Assembly (NCBI RefSeq): GCF_004010195.1
Contig: NC_057720.1
Coordinates: 35,080,711 to 35,144,710 of the forward strand
Direction of reading: 5' to 3'
DNA from: Chiloscyllium plagiosum
Taxonomy: Eukaryota
DNA: 64,000 nt
Position numbers and translations under genes: made by a program. Below the pieces are notes generated by a model that was not told the origin of the DNA, ran no database searches, and saw nothing but the letters and a program-made list of their open reading frames with translations. Shown here one piece after another: positions 38,082-51,963 of this stretch. How positions within the stretch are numbered: the stretch's first letter is position 1; every line of letters begins with the position of its first letter.

Positions 38082-39636
38082 TTAGAGTCAAGGAGATGTA
38101 CAGCATGGAAACAGACCCTTCGGTCCAACCCGTCCATACCAACCACATATCCCAACCAAATCTAGTTCCACCTGCCAGCACCTGGCCCATATCCCTCCAA
38201 ACCCTTCCTATTCATATTCCCATTCAGACATCTTTTAAATGTTGCAATTGTACTAGCCTCCACGACTTCCTCTGGCAGCCCACTCCACACATGCACCACC
38301 CTCTGCGTGAAAACGTTGCCCCTTAGGTCTCTTTTATATCTTTCCCCTCTCACCCTAAACTATGCCCTCTAGTTCTGGACTCCCCCGCCCCAGGGAAAAG
38401 ACTTTGTCTATTTATCCTATCCATGCCCCTCATGATTTTATAAACCTCTATAAGGTCACCCCTCAGCCTCCAATGCTCTGGTGAAAACAGCCCCAGACTA
38501 TCCAACCTCTCCCTATAGCTGAAATTCTCCAACCCTGGCAATATCCTTGTAAATCTTTCTGAATCTTTTCAAGTTTCACAACGTCCTTCTGATAGGAACG
38601 AGATCAGAATTGCGCGCAGTATTCCAAAAGTGGCCTAATCAATGTCCGATACAGCTGCAACATGACCTTCCAATTTCTGTACTCAATACTCTGACCAAGA
38701 AGGGAAAGCATACCAAACACCTTCTTCACTTTCCTATCTATCAATGACTCTACTTTCGAGGAGCTATGAACCTTCACTCCAAGGTCTCTTTGTTCAGCAA
38801 CACTCCCTAAGACCTTACCATTCAGTGTATAAGTCCTGCTAAGATTTGCTTTCCCAAAATGCAGCACTTCACATTTACCTAAATTAAACTCCATCTGCCG
38901 CTCCTCAGCCCATTGACCCATCTGATCAAGATCCTGTTGTAATCTGAAGTAACCTTCTTCGCTGTCCATTACACCTCCAATTTTGGTGTCATCTGCAAAC
39001 TTACTAGCTATACCTCTGATGCTCACATCCAAATAAATGGTGAAAAGTAGTGGACTTAGCATTGATCATTGTGACACTCCACTGGTCACAGGCCTCCAGT
39101 TTGAAAAACAACTCCCAACCACCACCCTCTGTCTTCTACCTTTGAGCCAGTTCTGTATCCAAATGGCAAGTTCTTCCTGTATTCCATGAGATCTAACCTT
39201 GCTAACTGGTCTGCCATAAGGAACCTTGTCGAATGCCTTTCCGAAGTCCATATAGATCACACCTACCACTCTGCCCTCATCAGTCCTCTTTGTTACTTCT
39301 TCAAAAACCTTAGTCAGGTTTGTGGGACATGATTTCCCACGCACAAAGCCATGTTGACTATCTCTAGTCAGTCCTTGCCTTTTCAAATACATGTACATCC
39401 TGTCCCTCAGGGTTCCCTCCAACAACTTGCCCACTACTGATGTCAGGTTCACCGGTCTATAGTCCCTGTCTTGTCCTTGCCACCTTTCTGAAATAGTGGC
39501 ACCACGTTAGCCAACCTCCAGTCTTCCAGCACTTCACCTGTGACTATCGATGATACAAATATCTCAGTAAGAGCCCCAGCAATCACTTCCCCAGCTTCCT
39601 ACAGAGTTCTAGGTATACCTGCTCCGGTCCTGGGGA
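38082..39636 (-). mobile_element. CR1 (HER1-type), 5'-truncated
   Basis: RT ORF fragments 38604-39452 (DFGKAFDKVP, SKFADDTK) and 3' tail. Confidence 0.93.
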
Positions 39637-39879
39637 CAATTGATCACACCCTGTCATTGAGCTAACCCTGTGGCCATCCTGTGCCTGACTGGCCACATCT
39701 CTGTTCAACACCATGAGGTCTGATACTCACAGAGAAATAACTCATTTTAGGTTCACAAATGACTGACATGAAAATATTTCAGGTCACTGTCAGCTTGATG
39801 CCTGCAGGAAAAAAATGTCCTCCCTAAGCCTCGTAGCCAAGCACAGTCCTCAGCGACACAATTCTCAGTGACTCAGTCC

Positions 39880-39962
39880 TCAGTCACTGGACCTGAAATG
39901 TTAACTCTAATTTCTCTCCACAGATGCTGCCAGGTCTGCTAAGTCTTCCAGCAATTTCTGCC
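39880..39962 (+). mobile_element. Penelope terminal fragment
   Basis: gtcactggacctgaaatgttaactct...gatgctgccaggtctgct matches the 11580-11680 terminus. Confidence 0.65.
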
Positions 39963-41081
39963 TCAGTGACACTGTTGCTCCTACAGACTCAAGAAAAGGA
40001 TCCTTTCATAGTATATTTACTTCCCCAGGTATTACTTTCCGGTCCCCCTTGCCTTTTGACCAGCAGCTCAGTATCCTGTGGAACCAGGTGTTTCTTTGGG
40101 TTGCTGCACAAGCTGTTGTTCCACAGTCGCCCCAGCTCAGCTCAGAGTAGGTGGTTCCCATTTCCCGATATAACCATAAATATGAGTTTCCTATGTGTAG
40201 AAGTGGCATCTTCATATGTACACGCAAGTTCAGTGCCTCCACACGATGCCCCTTATTCCCACACCCCCCACCCCCACCCCCACCCCTCCACTTCTCTACA
40301 GAACTCTCAGTATCTCAGTGAAAATTCTGACACTAATGATCGGTCCTTTTAGCCTTTTCTTCCTGTTAAATACAGATGTTTCATTCAATGTCTTCCCACC
40401 ATGCAGCTTCCTCATTCCCTTGGAAGAGTCTTTGACAGGGCATGGGGTTTGTGCACCGCTGGAAAAATTGCACATATGATGAAATAGGAATATTGCATTA
40501 AAGATGTGATGAAATATAATTATTACTTGCACTGCTAATGACCACAATTGATGGGAGCATACAGAAGCTCCAGTTTCATGGCACATATATTCCAATGCAA
40601 TGAAACACAACTGAATATTGGGTACTAAGACGTTTATTTCTAATTTTTACTCCAACTTTGATGGTGTCCCAAATTAGGATGTGCATAAAGTAAGCTGCAC
40701 ATACTTTTACGACATGCTGGTAATTACCACATCAAAGCAGATAACTATATTAATTGAGTAATTTGATATTGTCTTGGCAGAAGGTCCTGTGCTATTTAGC
40801 ATGTATACCAGCTTCTAAAAGTGCATTTATGACATTGATAATAAGAAACTAATTATATTTAAGTTCTAGAAGAGAATACAAAGAAGGCAGCAACTGTTTT
40901 TGGCCCTAATTTAACAGTTGTATTTGAGTAGATTCAAGTTTTAAACATGAAATTCTTGAGATACTACTGGACTTTAGCTGAGGTAGTTTCTAATTTTCTC
41001 CCTCGTGATTTCTACCTTTGGAATACCTTTTTCTTCTTCTATAATGAACGGGGCTACAATTAAGGCTAAAGAGCCTCATTG

Positions 41082-41220
41082 CTGAAAATGTGTTGCTGGA
41101 AGAAGGGCTCATGCCCGAAACGTCGATTCTCCTGCTCCTTGGATGTGGCCTGACCTGCTGCACTTTTCCAGCAACACATTTTCAGCTCTGATCTCCAGCA
41201 TCTGCAGTCCTCACTTTCTC
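41082..41220 (+). mobile_element. Penelope mini-insertion with short inverted 5' arm
   Basis: Perfect 16-bp TSD ctaaagagcctcattg (41066-41081, 41221-41236). Core GAAGAAGGGCTCATGCCCGAAACGTC. The 5' arm of about 20 bp is the reverse complement of 41168-41187. Confidence 0.9.
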
Positions 41221-41618
41221 CTAAAGAGCCTCATTGATCCTCTACAACTCAATCTAGTAGATGCAAGTTCATTAATCCAGAACTCAGATGTTCAATGTAG
41301 AATCAAAATGCAATACTTCTAAGTCAATGATCTGTCTAGACATGACTACTATGCCAGATGACATTATTTGAAGACATTGACCTAAATAATCATTGGAGCC
41401 AGCATACAGATACCAAATTGAGTGACTATGGATATTCACATTTCTCATTCCACTTCCTAATTGTACTACCCATCGTATTTGATTTGACTGCTCCACGAAA
41501 GACTAAGACACATACTGGAATAATGTCAAAGGCTAATTAAAAATACTGATACATTGGTCCTGGGTGTAGGAACCATTTATAAAATTGATCTGTCCAATGC
41601 CTTACTTACAAAATCACC

Positions 41619-41942
41619 AGGGAAGCAGTGGTGTAGTGGTTGTGTTGCTAAGCTACTAAACCATAAACTGCAGGCTAATACTCTGGATAGAGAGGTTCAA
41701 ATTCCACCATGGTAGACTGTGAACTTTATTTAATTTTAAAAATCTGGAATTAAAAAGCTTGATTAATTACAACTGTGTAGCCATTATTAATTGTTATAAA
41801 TATCTGTAGGGAAGGATATCTGCCATCTTCACCCAGTCTGCCCAACATGTGTTTCCAGACTCACAGCTGCCCTCGAGGCAACTGGAGTTGAGCAATTAAT
41901 GCTGACCTAGCCTGTGATGTCCACATCCCATACATAAATTAA
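41619..41942 (+). mobile_element. tRNA-headed SINE, second family
   Basis: A-box gtggtgtagtggt, B-box ggttcaaatt and family tail. Confidence 0.8.
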
Positions 41943-42589
41943 GAGTCGTGAGAAACTCGCTCACCAACTCCTGATACTAACAGGCAGCAAGGACCTTTCC
42001 AGCAGTGTGATTCAAATAGTTCAGCTGTTATGTACAGGCTTGTTACTAGTCAGTTATTTTAAGCTGCTGCTTAACTTCTGGATATTGTTTTGATCAATTG
42101 ACATCTGCTAAGGAGTGTTTACTTGTCTGCGTTGTTTTTAACCACATTTAAAACCATTTATTTTCAATCATTGGATCAAATGGTAAGTTGAATGAATCAG
42201 TGTGGTTATTTTGCCTCTGTGAGAAAATCAATGAAGTATTGCATTTGATTTTGACTTCTTCTTTCAGAAGATTTAATTGTTAAATTAATTTAAAAATTAT
42301 GAATTATTGTAACAATTTCAATTATTTGAAGTAAAAGTGCATTTTACAGCCTCAATTTGAAAGCAATTTCATGCAGAATAGTATGTAACATAAACTATCA
42401 ATGTTTGTGTGTTTACCCAAATTTAACATGCTATTTTCTGTCACTTTAGAATCATGCCACTTGAGACTTAGCAATTGATGATCTACATTACTAGACTGCA
42501 GAGCTATAATATGCGGATGTTTCTCTGCAAATCCTCTTACAGAACACTCTCAATCTGAGTTTGCTCAAATGGTATGCCAGAGGAACCAA

Positions 42590-42662
42590 GTCAGGCAGCA
42601 TCAAGAAGTGCAGAAGTCGACATTTCGGGTGTAACCCTTCTTCAGAACTCAGGCCTGAAGAG
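42590..42662 (-). mobile_element. Penelope terminal fragment with hammerhead core
   Basis: Minus strand reads CTGAAGAA-GGGT-TAC-ACCC-GAAATGTC. Confidence 0.7.
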
Positions 42663-43385
42663 GAACCGGATTGACATCCTCATAGGGAAGGAGGGATAAT
42701 CAGAGTTTAACTCTCTCCCAGTCTTGTTCATTTTATAGCAGTCAGTCACAGATTATCTTTGGCAGAAATATAGAAATAAAGTGGTTTAATTTTATTGGTT
42801 AGCAGTGTCTTTATTTGGATTGAGAGCCTCTGTTATTCTATGTTTTTACAGTTTAGGGACAGGGTGGGGTGGAGACTTCTGACTACTCTCAAAAACATTA
42901 ATCATTTTAATGAGTCAGCTCTATTAATTATACCATAATTAAACAGTGTCATGCAACAAACCACCAACAACTTGCTCCATTTGCAAAAGATAACATCAAG
43001 ACAATGGGATAGTTTTAATATTCTCCCCACATGGTGAAATGGTGAGTTGGGGATTAAGATGATGAAAGTAGGTATGTGCTGTGTTTTCCATGCATCGTTG
43101 CCCCATCACCATTTTTACTTCAATTAGGTCAGGCATGAGATGGCCCAGTTGGTAAGGGTCCTACCTTGCAGTGGAAGGCCACAACCCGATGATGGTATTG
43201 ATACTGTGATCAAATTGTAATTATCGAATTCCCTTGATTCCAGAACCATGGCTAGAGTTACAGACAAGAAGCAAAGGTGTGTTTTGACAAATCTTTCCTG
43301 TTAAATCCCTGGTTGGCTAGAAGGAACAAAAAGGCTATCCATAACCCTAAGAGATATCCTTGTGCTTCCCCGCCATTTCCAACAA

Positions 43386-43421
43386 AACACACACACACAC
43401 ACACAACACACACACACACAC
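43386..43421. repeat. Interrupted (CA)n microsatellite
   Basis: Directly visible in the sequence. Confidence 0.95.
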
Positions 43422-44044
43422 TATATACATCAGAATGTCAGGAACTCTTTCCTTGAACTCTGAAATTCACATGTTCCTAACCTAATACTTGTTTGTGCCC
43501 ATTGATCCTGCCATCATTTCCACTTGTTTTGGGAAGGAGACTGCTGTGAATGATTTAAATTAGGTTCTCCTCCCTCCCTTTACCCTCTTCCATCCCAAAC
43601 ACGCCTCTGCTTAAACTTTTATCTGATGAATCATCAAGGCTGCAGACTACCCAATGATAGGAAAATATTTTGTGTATTTAATTTAGTAATAAAATGATGT
43701 GTGCATTTAGAATATTGCCACAAATGTAACAGTAAAATCTTTCATCATGTGGCATATAATTGTCAGCTTCCCAGTTACATTTTCCTTCTTTTGTTCAGTT
43801 TTCCTTCAAACTCTATCTTAGTTCATGATCAGATATTTCCTATCTACAACAATGACCTTATTCATACACTAATCTATAAATTGCTGTTATTAGTTGGTAC
43901 ACACTTAATAAATTCACAGGATTCTTATTTAATTACAGGCATAACCTGTTGGTTTTGAATTATAGTGCCTCTATTAAAACGGCAGACAATGAAATGATGT
44001 GCGAGCAAATTCAGGTTTATTTGCTAATATCAATGGTCACATCA

Positions 44045-44365
44045 GGGAGCCAGTGGTGTAGCGGTAATCTCACTGAACTAGAGATCCAGGATAATGTTCT
44101 GTGGACATGGGTTTGAATCTGACATGGCAGTTGGTGAAAGTTCAGTAAAAATCTGCAATTAAAAGCCTAACCTAATAGCGACAGTGCAGATATTGTCAAT
44201 TGTTGTTAAAAACTTATTTGTTTCACAAATGCCCTTTAGGGAAGGAAATCTGCTGTCCTTGCCGGGCCTACATGTGACTCCAGACCCACAGCAATGTGGG
44301 TAATTAGGGATGGGCAATAAATGTTGATCATACAGTGATGCTTGCATCCCACAAATGAATAAGAA
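44045..44365 (+). mobile_element. tRNA-headed SINE, second family
   Basis: Head gtggtgtagcggtaat, body ggaaggaaatctgctgtcc, tail tagggatgggcaataaatg. Confidence 0.85.
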
Positions 44366-44499
44366 ATATTTCTTGCCTGCTTTTCCCTGCATCCCCTTCA
44401 GTTTCCACAGAATGTATTATAAGCAAGGAAGTAAATAATGATTCTGCAGCTCAGCATTCCTACCCAAGAATAACAAGCACAGGAAGGCATTTTGAAATA

Positions 44500-45745
44500 T
44501 TGGATGTGCCGTAATTGGATTTTCAGAAGGCTTTTGATAAGGTCCCACGTAAGAGGTTAGCAAGTAAGGTTAAAGCACATAGGATGGAGGAGTTCTATTA
44601 ATATGGATCGAGAATTAGTTGACAGACAAGAAACAGGGAGTAGGAATATATGGGGCTTTTTACAAGTGGCAGGTAGTGACTGGCAGATTATCATGAGGAT
44701 CAGTGCTTGAGCCCCAAATAATCTGGCTGGGGAAACCAAATGCAACATTGCCAAGTATGCTGATGACACAAAATTGGGTAGGATTGTGTTATGACACAAT
44801 TTTTAAAAATGACAATATATTGGGAAATATGGATGTATAAAGGGATCTGGGTATTCTTGTACACCAGTCATTGAAAGAATCCTAGATCAGTGGTGCTGGA
44901 AGAGCACAGCAATTCAGGCAGCATTAAAGGACAGGCAAAATCGACGTTTCGGGCAAAGGGCTTTTGCCCGAAACGTCGATTTTGCCTGTCCTCGGATGCT
45001 GCCTGAATTGCTGTGCTCTTCCAGCACCACTGATCCAGAATCTGGTTTCCAGCATCTGCAGTCATTGTTTTTACCTTTTAAGTCATTGAAAGAAGACATG
45101 CAAGTGCAGGAAGTAATTAGGAAGGCACATGGCATTGTGGCCTTTATTGCAGGAAGATTTGAGTTCAGAAGTAGGAATATCTCACTGCAGTTTTACTGGG
45201 CCTTGATGAAACCACATCGAGAATGCAGTATTGTATGAACTGTATGCAGTTTTGATCTCTCTACCTAAAAAGGATTTACTTGCTAAAAGGGTCCAGCAGA
45301 GGCTCACTGTGTTGATATTAGGGATGGCAGGGCTGTCCTGTGAGAGGATACTGGTTCAACTGGGTCAGTATTCACCAGAATTTTGAAAAATGAGAGGGAA
45401 TCTGATTGCAGTGTATAAAATTCCATCAGGATCAGGAAGGATGCTTTTCCTGTTTGTGGACACAGTCTCAGAATACAGGGTAGGCCATTTATGACTAAGA
45501 AGAGGAAAAAAACTATTCACTTAAAGGAGGGTGAACCTGTAGAATTTTTTACCAGAAAAGGTTGTCAAGGCCAAGTTGCTGAACATACTCAAGAAAGAGA
45601 GGAATGAATTTCTAGACTTCAAGAGCCTCAAAGGGTATGAGCTGACAGTGTAAATATGACCTTGAGATAGCGTATCGGCCATGATCTTATTGAATAGCGA
45701 TCCTGGCTCGAAAGGATAAATAAATTAGTCCTTCTTCCATTTCTA
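44500..45745 (+). mobile_element. Older CR1 of a different subfamily, RT/3' fragment with deletions
   Basis: gattttcagaaggcttttgataaggtcccac (DFQKAFDKVP) and gccaagtatgctgatgacaca (AKYADDT). Confidence 0.85.
44880..45080. mobile_element. Near-perfect palindromic Penelope mini-insertion
   Basis: Arms at about 44885-44957 and 44963-45035. Perfect 14-bp TSD agtcattgaaagaa (44866-44879, 45081-45094). Confidence 0.9.
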
Positions 45746-46830
45746 TGAAATTCTGCACAAGTCCAGCCTGCAATATTCCATTGCACAGATTCCCAAAGTT
45801 TTACCACTGTAACCTCATTTTGAGGTTTGAAAATTGCTGTAACTGCTTAGTAAGAGCAGGGGAGGGGAAGAGATCTATGACAGCAGGGTGGGAAGTGGGA
45901 GTGCAAGAGCTGGTAACACTGAGGGGAGAGGCCTATGGGACCTTGTGAGGGCTGGGGCTTTAGATTGCATTTGCTCTTTGATGGTCATTGCTCATGACCC
46001 AAGGTTTCAGCTTACAACTGCACTTGAGGTCCCAAACAGCACTTTGAGAAGCTCCTCTCTGTTGATTCCACTTCGTGCCCATGACTTCCCAAAATTTGTT
46101 TTCAATGAGTATTGTTCCCCTTTAAAAGCTGCAATTCAGAAAATTGTCCCTTTCCAAAAGTTGGAAGGTCTTTTAGATTCAGTGCTTTTTGCTGTTTTTA
46201 TTTTCATTGTTCTTTTCTCTTTCTTCACTCTCTCATTCTATTCCCCTTTCTCTCAGCCTGCTGTCTCTCCCTATCCACTCTGCATTATAAATACCAGCCA
46301 AGGCTCATTATCTGCTCTCCTACCTGGGATTCTCTGGGAAAATCATTTTGGATAGTCTTTTTCACATGCGAACACGAGACATGACAATGCAGTGGTCTGT
46401 TGACTTGGAGGAAACAGATAAGGAGGAGAGGTCAAAGATTCACTTATTTGAATAACTTTTAGAGGCTATGTCAATATTAAAATCTTCTGAGATCATAATT
46501 GTACTGCTTATTCATGGCAATTTTCTGCATGTGTAAACCTGCAGTTATCAACGAATACAGATGCTATCGTGTTGTTACTCAGACCATATAACTCTTGAGC
46601 CATGAATCATCAGATGCTTCACATGATGAACGAAATATTTTGTTAATTAACTATTTATTTACTGGTTTACATAGGTATCATTCTAACTTTTCAGTCCTGT
46701 TTTTCTGGGTGTTTTCTGCAAACAGCAAACTCTGCAAATGTCTTCCTGGATGGGTTTTTGGCTCAGGTGGAGAAGCAAATGAAGAGATTCTGAGATGGAA
46801 GTAATTGCCACAGTTTATTACAAGCATGTA

Positions 46831-47138
46831 GTTTAGGTTAAGTTCCCTATAGTATGGAAACAGGCCCTTCGGCTCAGCAAGTTCTCACCAACCCTCTGAA
46901 GAGTAACCTACCCAGAACCATTCCCCTACCCTAGATTTACCTCTGACTAATGCACCTACAACTATGGGCAATTTAGCATGGCCAATTCACCTTTGGATTG
47001 TGGGAGAAAACCAGAGCACCTGGAGCAAATCCACACAGACATGGGGAGAATGTGCAAACTCCACACAGACAGGAATCGAACCTGGGTCCCTGCTGCTGTG
47101 AGGCAGCAGTGCTAACCACTGAACAACCATGCTGCCCC
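46831..47138 (-). mobile_element. HE1-type V-SINE
   Basis: V-domain, tRNA-like head and CR1-like tail. Confidence 0.88.
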
Positions 47139-49187
47139 AAAAATGCAAAGTTCTCTGACCATTGGCCACAATTAGAAGGATAAATTACCAGATTTAGTTT
47201 GTTCTGGCACCCATGAAATTTCACTTTATTTGGATTTTTAAAAAAATTTCTGCATACATTATAATGTACAATTTTCTTGGGAGGACCTAATAATATGGGA
47301 GAGAGTTGTCTCCACCAAAGTCCTGAAACCTACACAGCAATATTAAAGGATGTGAAACTTTACTTTTCCTCTCTGTAAGGGTGCTTCACTGCAAATTAGT
47401 ATGAACCCAGAAACAATTGTAGCTCTGACATTGGTGAGGAATTACTTTTTGGAAATCACCTCTCAAAGTTTGGACTTGATACCACATGCCATGTGGTTTC
47501 AAGTCAAGAAATTGATGACGAATTTGCTGAACCTCCATAGCCCTCACACAGTATGGTGCATGAGTTTTGGCGGGTATTTCTGTGTTCAAATCAAACATAT
47601 AGTTGTAGTTTCAGACTACTAATGCTGTTTAATTGCAGTCCTGAAATATGATAAAGCCATTTGAATCAAAGTCCGCAATAAAAAGCTGTAAAATTACCCA
47701 TCATTACCCACCAAGCTAGCATTAACTATCAATACTATTCAGATAGACTACAGGAAAGGGAAGTTCCATGTCAATCCTCTTGTCAGCTTGGGGCTATTGC
47801 ATATTACAGAGATAGGATAGAAGGGGCTTTACTTCAACCTTGACTTTCGTAAAGACAATAAGGAGGCAAACATATATGGAGGCCAAAACTAACATTCCCC
47901 ATTTTAACCTGTACAAAAAAACTGCATTCAACATATAGAGGAGAAAATTAATGTTCAATATTGATTTGCTAGGACAAATAATCAAAAGAAAATATGCCCT
48001 GTTGTTAAAATAGTAAGTAGGCCCTCTAAAGTATATTATATTATTCACATTTCTGCATTTGTGATATCAACAAAACTGATGGAAACACACGTCTCTTTGA
48101 CAGTTCATTTTTGCTTTGCATTTTTAGTAATTGATGCCTGGCTTAGCAGTTATAATTTGAAAATTGTGATGAACCAAGTTATCATTGCAATGCTAATTTT
48201 CTCTTTGCTGTTTTAATAAAGGCAATAATTGATTCACAATATTGGATTCATTTCTTCAAGTAAAGAGAGAAATGCGGTAAAAGCTCTGACAAACATTTGT
48301 GTGATCATTTAGTATTAAAGGAGATAACTAACAGTGGCTCCAATGGATTTTTTAATCAGTAGATTCAGCTTCTGAAAGACATTCACTTCCACATCACGAT
48401 GGGGACTGTCACTATATTTTCAGAGTGTAGCAGATTTTTTTTAGAAGCTAGAATAAAAATAATAAATTACTGACAATGGTCATGTAAAGAATAACAAAAT
48501 CCTCCAGTTTCAGTCTTTCACACATTTCTCATTCTGAGTTAGCCAAAAGTATTATTGTTTTAACAGATTCTTATAAGTGCTTTGTATATTCTATGTATAT
48601 TTGGATACAACTTTAACCAGTGTTTGATCTGATTTTTAAATGGCTTATGATTTATATCTAAAACAAAGAAAACACAAAATTGCTTTAGTTTACCATTGAT
48701 AATTTGTATATTTATCTCACCTGTCATGTACCCTGCAGGTTACTGAATTTAAACTGTGGGATGATTGGCACATGGGTTATCAGATGAATAATCAGCTCAT
48801 GTCAAAATACTCCACCATATACCAAAACCGCAATTAAGCACATTCGTTCCTGTAATTATTATTTAATGACTGATTGCTATGCATTCTTATTTCTGAAGAC
48901 TTTCAACCACTTTCCCCACTGTTCATTCCAGAAGATTGTCAATAACCAGTCGACATTCTCCACCCACACAGCTCTCATTGCATTTCTTGTGTACATCAGT
49001 TTTTTAAAATTATGGCTCTTTGACAGAACAGGCTCTCTTCCAGAAAGCAGTTTGATTCAGATATCTTCAATATTCTGTGTTGCAAATTACAATCAAACAA
49101 TGGTGTCGTGGATTGCAAAAGCAAAACAACATCTCTAGCCCAGTGATCAAGAACTACTCACCCTTGAGATTATTTTCCACTTCAAAA

Positions 49188-49535
49188 CAGCACATTGACT
49201 CAGTGGTTAAGCACTGCTGTCTCACAGCACCAAGGACCAGGGTTTGATTCCAACCTCAGACATTCCCCCATGTTTGCACATTCCCCCATGTCTGCGTGCC
49301 TTTCCTCCAAGTGCTCCAGTGTCCTCCGACAGTCCAAAGATGTGCAAGTTAGGTGCATTGGCCATGCTAAAAATTGCTCACAGCATCCAGGGATATGCAG
49401 GCTAGGTGGGTTAACCATGGGAAAATGCAGGGTTACAGCGATAGGATGAGTGTGGATCAAGGTGGGATGCTCTTTGGAGGGTTGGTGTGGACCTGATGTG
49501 CTGAATGACCTGCTTCCACACTATAGGGATTCTTT
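49188..49535 (+). mobile_element. HE1-type V-SINE (diverged)
   Basis: Head, V-domain and 3' end cctgcttccacactatagggattct. Confidence 0.85.
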
Positions 49536-49769
49536 GTAACACCAGTACTGACTGAGCGGTTCAAGTCCCAAAGGATATAATGGCTAGTCTGGGTCTGTGA
49601 CAGGTAGTGAGGGAACTAACAAGAGGGAAAAACAGACTTGACCATATCCTTACCAATTTGCTTACCAGAATAGAATCTCTGCATAAAAATAAGAGACAAG
49701 AGCGACAACTACACAGTCCTTACAGAAATGAAGTCTCATCTTCACATGGGGATACCCTTAATCATACTG

Positions 49770-51280
49770 TGTAGAAACGATAGTAAAAGTTTCTTTCAAT
49801 ACATAAGAAATAAACGACAGGCAAGAGTAGACATTGGGCCACTTCAAACTGATGCTGGAAGCCTAGTGATGGGAGATAAGGAAATAGTAGGAGAACTTAA
49901 TAAGTACTTTGCGTCAGTCTTCACAGTGGAAGACATGAGTAATATCCCAACAATTAAAGGGAGTCAGGGGGCTGAGTTGAGTATGGTTGCCATTACAAAA
50001 GAGAAAGTGCTAGAAAAGCTAAAAGGTCTTAAAATTGATAAATCTCCTGGCCCCGATGGGCTACATTCTAGAGTTCTGAGGGANNNNNNNNNNNNNNNNN
50101 NNNNNNNNNNNNNNNNNNNNNNNNNNNNNNNNNNNNNNNNNNNNNNNNNNNNNNNNNNNNNNNNNNNNNNNNNNNNNNNNNNNNNNNNNNNNNNNNNNNN
50201 NNNNNNNNNNNNNNNNNNNNNNNNNNNNNNNNNNNNNNNNNNNNNNNNNNNNNNNNNNNNNNNNNNNNNNNNNNNNNNNNNNNNNNNNNNNNNNNNNNNN
50301 NNNNNNNNNNNNNNNNNNNNNNNNNNNNNNNNNNNNNNNNNNNNNNNNNNNNNNNNNNNNNNNNNNNNNNNNNNNNNNNNNNNNNNNNNNNNNNNNNNNN
50401 NNNNNNNNNNNNNNNNNNNNNNNNNNNNNNNNNNNNNNNNNNNNNNNNNNNNNNNNNNNNNNNNNNNNNNNNNNNNNNNNNNNNNNNNNNNNNNNNNNNN
50501 NNNNNNNNNNNNNNNNNNNNNNNNNNNNNNNNNNNNNNNNNNNNNNNNNNNNNNNNNNNNNNNNNNNNNNNNNNNNNNNNNNNNNNNNNNNNNNNNNNNN
50601 NNNNNNNNNNNNNNNNNNNNNNNNNNNNNNNNNNNNNNNNNNNNNNNNNNNNNNNNNNNNNNNNNNNNNNNNNNNNNNNNNNNNNNNNNNNNNNNNNNNN
50701 NNNNNNNNNNNNNNNNNNNNNNNNNNNNNNNNNNNNNNNNNNNNNNNNNNNNNNNNNNNNNNNNNNNNNNNNNNNNNNNNNNNNNNNNNNNNNNNNNNNN
50801 NNNNNNNNNNNNNNNNNNNNNNNNNNNNNNNNNNNNNNNNNNNNNNNNNNNNNNNNNNNNNNNNNNNNNNNNNNNNNNNNNNNNNNNNNNNNNNNNNNNN
50901 NNNNNNNNNNNNNNNNNNNNNNNNNNNNNNNNNNNNNNNNNNNNNNNNNNNNNNNNNNNNNNNNNNNNNNNNNNNNNNNNNNNNNNNNNNNNNNNNCAGC
51001 CTTCGAATTAGAGGGGGTAAATTCAGAACAGAAATGCGGAGAGATTTCTTCAGCCAGAGAGTGGTGGGCCTGTGGAATTCATTGCCACAGAGTGCAGTGG
51101 AGGCTGGGACGCTAAATGTCTTCAAGGCAGAAATTGATAAATTCTTGATGTCACAAGGAATTAAGGGCTACGGGGAAAATGCGGGTAAGTGGAGTTGAAA
51201 TGCCCATCAGCCATGATTGAATGGCGGAATGGACTCGATGGGCCGAATGGCCTTACTTCTGCTCCTATGTCTTATGGTTT
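49770..51280 (+). mobile_element. CR1 of a distinct, young-looking subfamily spanning an assembly gap
   Basis: Open frame KSFFQYIRNKR...LNKYFASVFTVED...DKSPGPDGLHSRVL before the gap. After it come FFSQRVVGLWNSLP and a different 3' UTR (ctcctatgtcttatgg). That both sides are one copy is inferred. Confidence 0.85.
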
Positions 51281-51429
51281 TATTATCAATGTGCTAAAAG
51301 CAATTGATTCTGAATAGATCAAGCAACTCCAGACTCAACCTTAACATCCAAAGACACAGAAACTCTTACTTGTGTTAATCAGAATATTTATACTGTAATA
51401 CCAGTCTTGACAATCTCTAATATTTGAAA

Positions 51430-51963
51430 CTACCTTCCAGTGACTATCCATTTCAACTCCACATCCCACTCCCACAATGCCATATCCATTCTGGGCCTCC
51501 TCCACCACCTAAACAAGGCCACCTGCAAACTAGAGAAAGAATACCTCATCTTCCACCTTGTGAGCCTACAACCACATAGCCTCAACATTGAATTCACCAG
51601 TTTCCAAATCTTCCCACATCCCACCCCAATCCAGATCCAACCTTCTGACTCAGCACCATCCTCTTGACCTGACCTACCTGTCTATCTTTCTTCCCAACTA
51701 TCTACTCCAAACTTGCCACCAATCTATCACCATCACCTCCTATCTGCATCTATCTCTTCCCATTCCATCTACCTTTCACCTAGACCCCCAACCCCCCATT
51801 TATTTCTCAATCTCCCTTCACCCTGCCCAGTCCTGATGAAGAGTCATGCCCAAAACATCAACTTCCTTCCTCCTCAGATACTGCCTGACCTACTGTGCCT
51901 TTTCCAGTGCCACACTTTATCGACTCTGACTCTCCAGCATCTGCAGGTCTCACTATCTCCTAG
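51430..51963 (+). mobile_element. Penelope (Neptune-type) 3' fragment: endonuclease end + terminal repeat
   Basis: HFNSTSHSH...KLEKEYLIFHLVSLQPHSLNIEF, followed by a decayed CTGATGA...AAAACATC core and the family terminus. Confidence 0.8.

Noticed and set aside
45888..46384. 155-aa and 90-aa hydrophobic ORFs
   Set aside because: They arise from T/C-rich low-complexity DNA and show no recognisable domain or splice structure.
48720..48850. Apparent exon bounded by AG/GT on the minus strand
   Set aside because: Stops occur in all three frames and there is no homology evidence. A non-coding exon cannot be judged from sequence alone.
49728..51125. Long ORFs of 427 and 354 aa (also those over the 58771-59198 and 61885-62081 gaps)
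   Set aside because: The length comes from N runs. The real parts are CR1 ORF2 fragments.
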